This document shows, piece by piece, positions 49,918 through 59,147 of a stretch of DNA of 64,000 bases. The translations under genes were made by a program, and so were the position numbers. The notes beneath the pieces are model-generated. The model saw nothing but the letters and a program-made list of their open reading frames with translations. It did not search any database and was not told the DNA's origin. The stretch spans positions 15,504 to 79,503 of the forward strand of contig JAZLKN010000042.1 of NCBI GenBank assembly GCA_045597605.1, read 5' to 3'. Source of the DNA: Candidatus Cryptobacteroides sp. (GTDB taxonomy: Bacteria > Bacteroidota > Bacteroidia > Bacteroidales > UBA932). Within the stretch, counting starts at the first letter, position 1. Each line of letters opens with the position of its first letter.

Positions 49918-50997
49918 ATGAATAGAAAAATCATAGTAGGCATCACCCAGGGTGACGGCAACGGAATAGGCTACGAAGTCATAATCAAGGCACTCGCCGA
50001 CGAGCGTATGCTGGAGATGTGCACTCCGGTAATCTACGGATCCTCCAAACTGTTCGGTTTCTACAAGAAGACCATACACAACATCGAACAGATAAACACA
50101 AACATAATAAACTCCGTGAATGATATCAAGCCGAAAGTGGTGAATATCATAAACTGCCTGCCCGAGAACGTGTATGTAGAGCCCGGACAATCCACTCCGG
50201 AATCCGCCAAATGTGCAATGAAGGCTCTGGAATGTGCGGTTGAGGATGCAAAGAACGGCAAAATCGACGTACTCGTCACGGCCCCCTTCAACAAGAAGGC
50301 AATGAACTCCGAAGGTTTCGGCTTCACGGGGCACACGGAATTCCTCGAAAAAAAATTCAACGTCAACGAAGTTGTGATGCTCATGGTTGCAGACCAGCTG
50401 AAAGTTGCGGTGGCCACACAGCACATCCCGCTTCGCGAAGTGCCCAAAGCTCTCAACAAGGAAATGCTTGTAAAGAAGCTGAAGACCATAAAAAGCGCAT
50501 TGGAACAGGATTTCGGCATCTATGAACCAAAAATCGCCGTGCTCGGGCTGAACCCCCACTGCGGTGACGGAGGCCTTATCGGCGATGAAGAAAAGGAAAT
50601 CATCCTCCCCGCAGTTCAGGAGGCACAGGCAGCCGGTGTAATGGCATTCGGACCCTACTCTCCCGACGGTTTCTTCGGACTGGGCAACTACAGCCGCTAC
50701 GACGCCATACTTGCGATGTATCACGATCAGGGTCTCACTCCTTTCAAGGCACTCGCATTCGAGCTTGGAGTCAACTATACGGCAGGTCTGCCCATAGTCA
50801 GAACATCTCCTGACCACGGCACCGCCTACGAACTCGCAGGACGTGACGAAGCAGACCCCCGCAGTATGATTTCAGCCATCTACACAGCCATAGACGTATT
50901 CAACAAACGAACTGAGTACAAAGAGATTATGGCCTCACGTCCTGTACTCAAAACCAATGCCGGCGAATTCAGCGAAAAAGGAGATGTCGCCGAATAA
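49918..50997 (+). CDS. pdxA: 4-hydroxythreonine-4-phosphate dehydrogenase
   Basis: GITQGDGNGIGYE, VTAPFNK, GHTE, GLNPH, AMYHDQG, RTSPDHGTA; start placed at ATG 49918. Confidence 0.96.
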   Translation: MNRKIIVGITQGDGNGIGYEVIIKALADERMLEMCTPVIYGSSKLFGFYKKTIHNIEQINTNIINSVNDIKPKVVNIINCLPENVYVEPGQSTPESAKCAMKALECAVEDAKNGKIDVLVTAPFNKKAMNSEGFGFTGHTEFLEKKFNVNEVVMLMVADQLKVAVATQHIPLREVPKALNKEMLVKKLKTIKSALEQDFGIYEPKIAVLGLNPHCGDGGLIGDEEKEIILPAVQEAQAAGVMAFGPYSPDGFFGLGNYSRYDAILAMYHDQGLTPFKALAFELGVNYTAGLPIVRTSPDHGTAYELAGRDEADPRSMISAIYTAIDVFNKRTEYKEIMASRPVLKTNAGEFSEKGDVAE

Positions 50998-51469
50998 GCC
51001 CACCATCACACTCTACACTGACGGAGCCGCCAGCGGCAATCCCGGTCCCGGCGGATACGGAATTGTACTCCAGTGCGGTAATTACGTCAAGGAATTCAGC
51101 GGAGGATTTGCACTGACCACAAACAACAGGATGGAACTTCTCGCCGTCATCATAGGTCTGGAAACCATAAAATGGGATAATGCCACAGTAAATGTGATCA
51201 GTGACAGCACCTATGTCGTCAAAGCCGTAAATGAAGGCTGGCTGGAAAAATGGCGCTGGAACGGCTTCAAGAAAGCAAAGAATCCCGATTTATGGATAAG
51301 GTTTCTGGAGATTTCTTCGAAACACAACGTTTCGTTCACCTGGGTGAAAGGCCACGCAGGCCATCCATACAACGAACGTTGCGATGCCCTGGCCACCGCT
51401 GCATACAGGCAGCCGGACCTTCCCGTCGACGAAGGCTACACCCACGCCGCACAGGACACGCTCATATAG
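50984..51469 (+). CDS. rnhA: Ribonuclease HI
   Basis: YTDGAASGNPGPGG, TTNNRMEL, SDSTY, WVKGHAG..NERCD. Confidence 0.97.
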   Translation: MSPNKPTITLYTDGAASGNPGPGGYGIVLQCGNYVKEFSGGFALTTNNRMELLAVIIGLETIKWDNATVNVISDSTYVVKAVNEGWLEKWRWNGFKKAKNPDLWIRFLEISSKHNVSFTWVKGHAGHPYNERCDALATAAYRQPDLPVDEGYTHAAQDTLI

Positions 51470-51917
51470 TTTTCCAGAAAATCGAGGTGATATCTTCCCT
51501 GTGGTGATACAGACGCTGGTTTGTGCCGGGATTGTTCAGAGGGCCGAATTCCTTTATGTAAGGGCCAACTTTCACGAAATCAAACAAATCGAACAATTCT
51601 TCCTCGACCTCCACCCTGCCACTGTAAAGAGCAGAATCAATGCCCGGGTGAGCCTGACGTATATGGCCCGCTATCCCCTTCAGCGCCTCATAGTCCTTTC
51701 CCTCACCCAGAAGCAAGACGCAGTTCACACCGAAATTATCCTCTATAAGTCTGTCAACAACATCCGGGGTAAGTTCTTCGCCAATATCTTCGCGAAGAAA
51801 AGGAGAATGGCAGCCTATACAATTACCTTGGCAGTTGGAAATCTCCAATGCCAAGGTAACTCTGTGGGGTATTTCCTCCATCACGATGTCGGTGAGGGAG
51901 GGCACATATTTTATCAT
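51462..51917 (-). CDS. nrdG: Anaerobic ribonucleotide reductase activating protein
   Basis: Radical-SAM CQGNCIGCHS, KVGPY, TNQR; directly follows nrdD. Confidence 0.93.
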   Translation of the reverse strand: MIKYVPSLTDIVMEEIPHRVTLALEISNCQGNCIGCHSPFLREDIGEELTPDVVDRLIEDNFGVNCVLLLGEGKDYEALKGIAGHIRQAHPGIDSALYSGRVEVEEELFDLFDFVKVGPYIKEFGPLNNPGTNQRLYHHREDITSIFWKTI

Positions 51918-51918
51918 C

Positions 51919-54132
51919 CTACTGCTCGGCTTTTGTGTCGGCAGCTTCTTTTGCGGTGTAATAACGTATGCCGGCTTCGGTCTGACGGGCCTCGCTGAAT
52001 GATGAAATCCTCTTTAAATATCCTATGATACGGGTCAGATAGTCAAGGTTTTCGCTTCCGCACTTAGGGCACTTCTTCAACGTATCCTTGCTGATGAAAC
52101 CGCAGTCATTGCAAACAGTGTTGCGGCAATTGAAAGTGAAGTAGTTCGTGCCGTAGTGGGCGGCTGTATTCATCAGGGCACGGTACTGCTCCTTGCTGAG
52201 ATGCTCCGCAATATTCATATGAAGGGCACTTCCGCCGTCCAGATATCTTACGAACTCCTCTCCGTGAAGCTTGAACTTGTCTATCATTGAGGTGTTCGTA
52301 TCCTCGGGATTGTAGAAATATGAACTGTAGAGGTTATGCTTTGAAGAAACGAAATAACCGTCTTTCTTGTCCCATTTGTAGTTCTTGGCGGCAAGATTCT
52401 CCGCAGGAACAAACTCGGTGTTGAACATTGCATCCGGTGTACGATCCTGTCTGTTGCTGATGTTGATGGTCTCCAGAATGGTATTCACGAAATGCTTGTA
52501 ATCGTCATTGGGAGACACTTCCAGACCAAGGAATTCGGCAGCTTCGGTAAGGCCGTTCACTCCGACGGTAAGATACTGCTTCTTCATATTTATGAAGCCT
52601 GCACGGTACACGTCGAGCATATCGGCTTTGAGGAAATCCTTTATGATTTCATTGAAGGCAATCTGATACTTGTGCACGCGTTCCGTCATACTGCGTATGT
52701 CAGCGGCGATATAGTTCTCGTACAGGTCTTCCTTGTTTGCGGTAGGGCTTGCGGGTACCGGAGCACCGGCGGCCAGATTGACGCCTTTCTTCTCGCGATA
52801 GTAGCGGCGAGTGGCATCCTGAATAAGCCTGTTGAGGTTTATGGTCATAACTGACTTGGAACCGGTGGCAACCGAGGCTGTACCCATAGAGTACTGATGG
52901 GTGGTCACATTGTGTGATGTGTCTTCCATATCCTTGATGGAATTGCGAAGCCTGCAGCAGCTGCTCAGGGAATCCGGGCTGTTGGACAGATAGCAGAAGA
53001 AACTGTGTCCCTTGGACCACATCTCGGCTGTGAAATCCGCATACTCCTTGTCTGCAAAGTCATCCTTGCCGTCGGTAAGGAGAGCCATAGTCTCCACGGG
53101 GAAGGTCAGAATGTAATGCAGACGCTCCTCGTTGAACCAGTTCATGAAGTGTTTCTGGAGCCAGGAAAGGGTTTCCCATATGGGAGCCGTCCCGTCAGGG
53201 AAACGGAATTCTCCGAACACGCCGTCAAAGTAGGGCTTGTCGAAATAGCCTATGTTCCAGAACACGGTCTGGTATCCACGGTTACCGGCTGGCATATTCA
53301 TCGAGTGTACCACCTGCTGGAAGCAGTTGTCTATGACTTTCTCCAGAGTACGCTGCTTGCGGTTGTTCTCAACCACGTCATCCAGATGCTCGATATAGTC
53401 GTCTCCGTAATCCTTACGTATGAAATAGTCCAGATACATCAGGAATTCGGGAGTCGCTACGGCACCCATGAACTGTGAAGAAACACTGTAAACCAGATTG
53501 ATAAACTCGCCGCAGAAGGACTTGAGGTCGGTAGGGGCTACTGATACGCCGCCAAGTTCCTTGAGTCCGCTCACCAGGAAAGGATACATCGTGATTGCGA
53601 CACAGTAGGGATAACCGGGCGTACCGCTCTCATCGTGCTTGTACAGTACGTGGCTCTTCAGGTCAGCGAGATACTGCTGGGCCAGATCGCGTCCGTAAAT
53701 GGATTTGATCTTGTCCACCATGATATAGCGGTTCTGCTTGATGTTGTTCTCCTTGTACAGCTCGTTTCCAAGCGTCACGATATTCTTGGAAGTGATATTG
53801 GCGTTGGAATCGAACTTGCTGCCGGTGGCGGCATTGGAAGCGGCAATGTAATCCTTTATGAAGTCACGCTTCTTGCGCAGGTCGACATCCGCATCGAACT
53901 TCTCGATATAGGCAAGGGCAACCCTCTTGTTGATGCCCATCAACGCCTCTTCGACCTGACGGCGTATCTCGCTGCTGGCGATACCGTCATATATATAGAG
54001 GTTATCGATTATCGACCTTACAATTGCGTCATCGCAATATTCTCCTGCGGATTTGTATGCCTCGTGGATACCACGGTTCAACTTCACCTTATCATAGTCT
54101 TCCAGAGACCCGTTGGTTTTTCGTACATCCAT
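51919..54132 (-). CDS. nrdD: Class III (anaerobic) ribonucleoside-triphosphate reductase with ATP cone
   Basis: N-terminal ATP cone VRKTNGSLEDYD, SCCRL, C-terminal CNDCG..CPKC and glycyl-radical RIIGYL. Confidence 0.97.
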   Translation of the reverse strand: MDVRKTNGSLEDYDKVKLNRGIHEAYKSAGEYCDDAIVRSIIDNLYIYDGIASSEIRRQVEEALMGINKRVALAYIEKFDADVDLRKKRDFIKDYIAASNAATGSKFDSNANITSKNIVTLGNELYKENNIKQNRYIMVDKIKSIYGRDLAQQYLADLKSHVLYKHDESGTPGYPYCVAITMYPFLVSGLKELGGVSVAPTDLKSFCGEFINLVYSVSSQFMGAVATPEFLMYLDYFIRKDYGDDYIEHLDDVVENNRKQRTLEKVIDNCFQQVVHSMNMPAGNRGYQTVFWNIGYFDKPYFDGVFGEFRFPDGTAPIWETLSWLQKHFMNWFNEERLHYILTFPVETMALLTDGKDDFADKEYADFTAEMWSKGHSFFCYLSNSPDSLSSCCRLRNSIKDMEDTSHNVTTHQYSMGTASVATGSKSVMTINLNRLIQDATRRYYREKKGVNLAAGAPVPASPTANKEDLYENYIAADIRSMTERVHKYQIAFNEIIKDFLKADMLDVYRAGFINMKKQYLTVGVNGLTEAAEFLGLEVSPNDDYKHFVNTILETINISNRQDRTPDAMFNTEFVPAENLAAKNYKWDKKDGYFVSSKHNLYSSYFYNPEDTNTSMIDKFKLHGEEFVRYLDGGSALHMNIAEHLSKEQYRALMNTAAHYGTNYFTFNCRNTVCNDCGFISKDTLKKCPKCGSENLDYLTRIIGYLKRISSFSEARQTEAGIRYYTAKEAADTKAEQ

Positions 54133-54210
54133 AATTCTTTCCTAGATTTTAGTGTCGGGGAGACAAAGTTATGGAAATAGAGTTTGAAAAAAGACTATGT
54201 CTGAAATGAG

Positions 54211-54231
54211 TTTTCAACAAAGTTATCCACA
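54211..54231 (+). promoter_or_regulatory. Tandem DnaA-box-like pair upstream of nrdD
   Basis: TTTTCAACA (54211-54219) and consensus TTATCCACA (54223-54231), about 40-60 bp upstream of the nrdD -7 element TAACTTTG (54164-54171, minus). Confidence 0.6.
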
Positions 54232-54233
54232 CC

Positions 54234-55046
54234 CTATTCCAATAACTTGGAGAGGGCTTCAGTATCGAGATTGCGTCCGATTATCACCCCGTTTTCATCT
54301 ACAAGAAACAGACGCGGAGTCTGTATGACCCCATAAGCCGTGGCGTATTCGGTGAGTCCCCCGCGCAGATGACGGACATTTACCGAAGGTGCCGTTATGG
54401 CCAGTTCCCTTTCCGTGTACAGCTGCCAGGCAGCCTCATCCTCACCCGTGTATATGGTGAAAAGATCCAGGTCAGGATTGCTTTCATTCAGGTATTTGGA
54501 CATCGTCAGGCTGATATACAGGCATTTGGGGCAGCCTACGCTGTAAAAGAAGACAATCGACCTGCGACCGTCGGATGAGGGCACGGCCAGAGTGTCACCG
54601 TCCGCGTTTTCGAAAAGAAGTTCCGGAGCTCTGCATCCTATCAGGCTCCTCCGGTTCACGAAAGCATAGAGTTCAGCTTCGTCCAGCTCGTCAATATTGT
54701 CGAACACGGCCTTGTAAGACGCGAACCACCTGTCATATATATGTATGGCGACATTTTCGCTGCCCATATGCTTCGAGGCCCTGAAATGTCTGTAGGCTTC
54801 CACTGCTGCCCTGTTTCGGAAACTGGAATCCCCTATCGCGGATATCATATAGTCCGCCTCGGCCTCGGCCTCCGGAATCGACAGACTGTCCATCGCATTC
54901 AGGTATTCTGCCATCCTGACGAACAGAACTTCCCTGCCCTCGTCAGGCGTGTGTACCCGTGCCGTATCATCGGCTACGGCACGGAAAACGCAGGGACAGG
55001 AAATGAATGCGGCGGCAACGGCAAGTATGACGGACAGGCGTTTCAC
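54234..55046 (-). CDS. Secreted thioredoxin-fold (AhpC/TSA-like) protein
   Basis: Signal peptide; GCRAPELLF, FFYSVGCPKC (CxxC), YGVIQTPRLFLVD; GTG start. Confidence 0.8.
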   Translation of the reverse strand: MKRLSVILAVAAAFISCPCVFRAVADDTARVHTPDEGREVLFVRMAEYLNAMDSLSIPEAEAEADYMISAIGDSSFRNRAAVEAYRHFRASKHMGSENVAIHIYDRWFASYKAVFDNIDELDEAELYAFVNRRSLIGCRAPELLFENADGDTLAVPSSDGRRSIVFFYSVGCPKCLYISLTMSKYLNESNPDLDLFTIYTGEDEAAWQLYTERELAITAPSVNVRHLRGGLTEYATAYGVIQTPRLFLVDENGVIIGRNLDTEALSKLLE

Positions 55047-55504
55047 AGTTTGATTCCCTTGGGTATGAATGCAGAAGTATCACCTCCGTGTCTCAGCACG
55101 TCCCTGACGGCCGTCGAGGAAATATGCGCATATTCCTGTGCCGTAGGGATGATTATGGTCTCGACCCTGGAATTAAGCTTCCTGTTTGCATCAGCGATGG
55201 CCTTTTCGTTGTCGAAGTCAACGAAGTTACGCACTCCCCTGACTATATGATGTATCCCGTGCCGCCTGCAATAATCCACAGTAAGGCAATCGTACTTGTC
55301 AACAACCACTCCTTCCAGGCCCTCCGTGGCCTGCCGTATGATGTCCATCTTCTTTTCAATGTCGAACATACCCGTCTTGTTTTGGTTCACACCGACGGCA
55401 ACCACTACTTTGTCAAACATGGTCAAAGCCCTTTTCAAGATGTTCAGGTGTCCGAGAGTGAAAGGATCGAAGGAACCGGGAAACAATGCTGTTTTCTTTG
55501 TCAT
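55043..55504 (-). CDS. coaD: Phosphopantetheine adenylyltransferase
   Basis: LFPGSFDPFTLGH, IVRGVR, ISSTAVR. Confidence 0.97.
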   Translation of the reverse strand: MTKKTALFPGSFDPFTLGHLNILKRALTMFDKVVVAVGVNQNKTGMFDIEKKMDIIRQATEGLEGVVVDKYDCLTVDYCRRHGIHHIVRGVRNFVDFDNEKAIADANRKLNSRVETIIIPTAQEYAHISSTAVRDVLRHGGDTSAFIPKGIKL

Positions 55505-56169
55505 AATGTCCAGTTTATCGGTGTTCTGTCTTTCGAGGCAAGATATTCGTTGGCTTTGGAAAAATGCCGGCAGCCGAAGAAAGCTCCGCCTGCAAGCGGT
55601 GAGGGATGAGCGGCTTCGAGCACGAGATGGCGCGAGGAATCGATGAGAGCTTTCTTGCTTCTTGCGAAATTGCCCCACAGCATGAAGACGGTTCCGTCGC
55701 AATGCTCGCTAACGTACGAAATGACGGCATCCGTGAACTCCTGCCATCCTATCCTGCTGTGCGAGGCGGCGGCTCCGGCCTGTACTGTCAGAATGGCATT
55801 CAGAAGCAGGACTCCCTGCGATGCCCAGGGACTGAGATCCGTCCTACCGCTCATCGTCACGCCACAGTCCGTGCTTATCTCGCGGAATATATTCTTCAGT
55901 GACGGAGGGGCGGGGATGCCTTCAGGCACGCTGAAACTCAAGCCCATAGCCTGACCTGCACCATGATACGGGTCCTGCCCCAGTATCACCACCTTGACCC
56001 TGTCCACGGGACACAGTTCGAAAGCCTTGAATATATCCCCTCCACGCGGATAAATCACCCTCCCGGCATCCTTCTGCAAATGCAGAAATGACACTATCTG
56101 CCCGAAATACGGTTTCGAGAACTCGCTATCCAGTGCTTTCTTCCAGCTTTCTTCTATCCTGACGTCCAT
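55501..56169 (-). CDS. ung: Uracil-DNA glycosylase
   Basis: ILGQDPYH, PPSLKNI, GVLLLN, HPSPL; start at 56169 or 56199. Confidence 0.97.
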   Translation of the reverse strand: MDVRIEESWKKALDSEFSKPYFGQIVSFLHLQKDAGRVIYPRGGDIFKAFELCPVDRVKVVILGQDPYHGAGQAMGLSFSVPEGIPAPPSLKNIFREISTDCGVTMSGRTDLSPWASQGVLLLNAILTVQAGAAASHSRIGWQEFTDAVISYVSEHCDGTVFMLWGNFARSKKALIDSSRHLVLEAAHPSPLAGGAFFGCRHFSKANEYLASKDRTPINWTL

Positions 56170-56188
56170 CACTGCAGAATTTACGATG

Positions 56189-58597
56189 TCAGAAGACAAA
56201 GTCTATGACATCATTAATGGTATTCACATAGTGGAAGTCCAGCCCCTTAACGTAAATCTGAGGGATATCCTCCACGTCCTTGCGGTTCTCTTCACTTATA
56301 ACTATGGTCTTGACTCCCGCCCTCTTTGCGGCAAGAATCTTCTCCTTGATACCGCCCACAGGCAGTACACGGCCCCTGAGTGTCATTTCGCCGGTCATCG
56401 CCAAGGCTTTCCTGACCTGTTTCCCTCGGAAGGCGGAAACCATCGAGGAAACAAGGGTGATACCGGCGGAAGGGCCGTCCTTGGGGGTTGCGCCCTCAGG
56501 AACATGCACGTGCACGTCCTTCTCGATGAACTGGTCATAAGTCAGTCCTGTCATTTCCGGATGGGCCTTGAGATACTGGTAGGCTATCGTAGCGGACTCC
56601 TTCATAACATCACCCAACGAACCGGTCATAGTCAGCACTCCCTTGCCCTTGGACACGCTGGTCTCTATGAAGAGTATTTCTCCCCCGACCTGAGTCCAGG
56701 CAAGACCGGTCACGACACCAATCGCCTCATTTCCCTTCTGCCTGTCGAAACTTGCAAGCGGCAGTCCGAGATATTCCTTCAAGTCTTCCGGCCTGATTTC
56801 GGGATTGTATTCCTGCTCCATCGCAATCTTCCTGGCCACCATCCTGCATATCTTCGCAATCTGCTTTTCAAGCCCGCGCACACCGCTCTCGCGAGTGTAG
56901 TCGGAAATCACGGCGTTTATGGTATCCTTAGAAAGTTTGATGGTGCCCTTGCCCAGTCCGTGTTCCTCCAACTGCTTGGGCAACAAGAAATTCTTTGCGA
57001 TATGATATTTCTCCTCGGCAAGATATCCCGTGACGTTGATCATCTCCATACGGTCTCTCAAGGCCGGTTGAATGGTGCTGATATCATTGGCCGTAGTGAT
57101 AAACATCACCTTGGACAGATCATAGTCTATGTCCAGATAATTGTCGTGGAAAGCATTGTTCTGCTCGGGGTCGAGAGCCTCGAGAAGAGCCGATGACGGA
57201 TCTCCCTTGAAATCCTGTCCCACCTTGTCAATCTCGTCAAGCACAATGACAGGATTGGACGTACCTGCCTTGTTCAGGGCGTTGAGTATGCGACCGGGAA
57301 GCGCGCCGATATAGGTCTTGCGGTGTCCCCTGATCTCGCTCTCGTCGTGCAGACCACCAAGTGAAATCCTCTGGTATTTGCGGCCCAGAGACCTTGCTAT
57401 GCTCTTGCCCAGCGAAGTCTTGCCCACGCCCGGAGGGCCCCAGAGGCACAGTATGGGCGACTTCATATTGCCCTTGAGTTTAAGGACCGCAAGATATTCT
57501 ATAATGCGTTCCTTTACCTTGTCGAGACCGTAATGGTCATTATCGAGCACCTTCTGGGCATGTTTCAGGTCCAAATTGTCTTTGCTCATCTCACCCCAGG
57601 GCAAATCGAGCATAAACTCTATGAAGTTGTATTGGTTGCTGTAGTCGGGCGAAGTGGGATTGAAGCGCTCCAGCTTGGCCATTTCCTTCTCGAAGACAAC
57701 TCCCACCTCTTCCGGCCAATCCTTCTGGGCAGCTCTGGCACGCAGCTGTTCGAACTCCATTTCATCATCCATTCCGAGCTCTTCCTGGATGGTCCTAAGC
57801 TGATTGTTCAGGTAATATTCCCTCTGCTGCTGGTCTATCTCGCTCTTGACCTTGTTGTTGATATCCTGCTTTATCTTGAGCAACTGTATCTGGGTATCAA
57901 GTACGCCGAGAAGCTTCATGCCTCTCGTCCTGATATCGCCATACTGGAGCAGTTCCATCCTTTCGGTGAAGTTCTCCACCTCCACCGTCGTCGCCACAAA
58001 ATTCACGAGAAAGGCGAAATCGTCTATGCCCCTGAGGGCGTCAGCGGCCTCCTTGGGAGCGAAGGAGCTCATCCGTATCACAGAGCCGGCCTTCTCCTTG
58101 ATGGATTTGGCAAGCATCCTGACTGTATTGTCGGAAGGATCCGTATCGGCATCGTAAGGATATGACACAATACCAAGCATATACGGATTGTAGCGTGTGA
58201 TGCTGAGCAGTTCGAAACGCTTGAAGCCCTGCAGTATGGCAGTGATGGTGCCGTCGGGCATATCAATGGTTTTCAGAACCTTGGCCACGGTTCCGAATTT
58301 GAACATATCCTCAGCCTGAGGTTCTTCCACAACGGCATCGAGTTGCGGCACAGCACCTATGAAATTGTTGTGTTTCTGGGCGTCCTCGATAAGTTTGATG
58401 CTTTTAGGCCTGCCTATGGTTATGGGGAACACGGTACCGGGAAAAATCACGGCATTGCGCAAAGCCAGCAAGGGAAGGGCATCCGGAAGATCGCCTTCGT
58501 CAATTCTCACCCCTTCCGCACCCTGCACGACAGGTATTATGCTTACATCCGGTCCCATTGAGGACAAATAATTCGTTATATCTTTCATTTCTGTCAT
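56189..58597 (-). CDS. lon: ATP-dependent Lon protease
   Basis: LON domain, GPPGVGKTS, LDEIDK, PKDGPSAG (catalytic Ser), VGGIKEK (catalytic Lys); start placed at ATG 58597. Confidence 0.98.
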   Translation of the reverse strand: MTEMKDITNYLSSMGPDVSIIPVVQGAEGVRIDEGDLPDALPLLALRNAVIFPGTVFPITIGRPKSIKLIEDAQKHNNFIGAVPQLDAVVEEPQAEDMFKFGTVAKVLKTIDMPDGTITAILQGFKRFELLSITRYNPYMLGIVSYPYDADTDPSDNTVRMLAKSIKEKAGSVIRMSSFAPKEAADALRGIDDFAFLVNFVATTVEVENFTERMELLQYGDIRTRGMKLLGVLDTQIQLLKIKQDINNKVKSEIDQQQREYYLNNQLRTIQEELGMDDEMEFEQLRARAAQKDWPEEVGVVFEKEMAKLERFNPTSPDYSNQYNFIEFMLDLPWGEMSKDNLDLKHAQKVLDNDHYGLDKVKERIIEYLAVLKLKGNMKSPILCLWGPPGVGKTSLGKSIARSLGRKYQRISLGGLHDESEIRGHRKTYIGALPGRILNALNKAGTSNPVIVLDEIDKVGQDFKGDPSSALLEALDPEQNNAFHDNYLDIDYDLSKVMFITTANDISTIQPALRDRMEMINVTGYLAEEKYHIAKNFLLPKQLEEHGLGKGTIKLSKDTINAVISDYTRESGVRGLEKQIAKICRMVARKIAMEQEYNPEIRPEDLKEYLGLPLASFDRQKGNEAIGVVTGLAWTQVGGEILFIETSVSKGKGVLTMTGSLGDVMKESATIAYQYLKAHPEMTGLTYDQFIEKDVHVHVPEGATPKDGPSAGITLVSSMVSAFRGKQVRKALAMTGEMTLRGRVLPVGGIKEKILAAKRAGVKTIVISEENRKDVEDIPQIYVKGLDFHYVNTINDVIDFVF

Positions 58598-58771
58598 AAT
58601 ATTTCGCAAATATACTGCCAATTTGGCACAATTCATTCTTTTCGCCTACAAATATATTATTCAGTCAATCTCCGTGCCATAATAAGTCATTCATAATTTT
58701 GCAATTAAAAAAAAAGATTGCTAACTTTGCAAGCCAATTCGGATTCAATTAAATTTTAGAAATATACAATT

Positions 58772-59041
58772 ATGACTAAAGCTGACATCGTAAATGAAGT
58801 TGCAAAGGCAACAGGCATCGAAAAAGTAGTTGTTGCCAGTGTCGTTGAGTCGACTATTGAGAGCATCAAGAATGCAGTAAGCAAGGAAGAAGCCGTTTAC
58901 CTTCGTGGTTTCGGTTCTTTCATCATCAAGAAACGCGCTCAGAAGGCCGCACGCAACATCACAAAGGGCATCACTATCACTATCCCCGCACACAAGGTAC
59001 CCGCATTCAAACCCTCAAAGGCATTCACAATTAAAAAATAA
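58772..59041 (+). CDS. hup: HU family DNA-binding protein
   Basis: MTKADIVNEVA, LRGFGSF, RNI..VPAFKPSK. Confidence 0.96.
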   Translation: MTKADIVNEVAKATGIEKVVVASVVESTIESIKNAVSKEEAVYLRGFGSFIIKKRAQKAARNITKGITITIPAHKVPAFKPSKAFTIKK

Positions 59042-59049
59042 ATACAACC

Positions 59050-59139
59050 ATGCCTAACGGTAAAAAACATAAACGCCACAAAATGGCTACGCATAAACGC
59101 AAGAAACGTTTACGCAAGAACAGACACAAGAAGAAATAA
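59050..59139 (+). CDS. 29-aa basic protein, ribosomal bS22 / AURKAIP1-COX24 (mS38)-like
   Basis: Manual translation MPNGKKHKRHKMATHKRKKRLRKNRHKKK-stop, between hup and rne; below the ORF-track size cut-off. Confidence 0.85.
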   Translation: MPNGKKHKRHKMATHKRKKRLRKNRHKKK

Positions 59140-59147
59140 TCTTCTGA

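Noticed and set aside
48703-50817. Very long ORF-track calls (47794-50817 minus, 48703-50997 plus) suggesting overlapping giant genes
   Set aside because: recG and pdxA are divergent and in register. In-register antisense frames stay open when TTA/CTA/TCA codons are rare, as here. Recognisable motifs and promoters place the true starts at 49866 and 49918.
54140-54157. NrdR-box-like sequence ACACTAAAATCTAGG upstream of nrdD (minus strand)
   Set aside because: It matches only the first half of the palindromic NrdR consensus, has wrong spacing, and has no second box.
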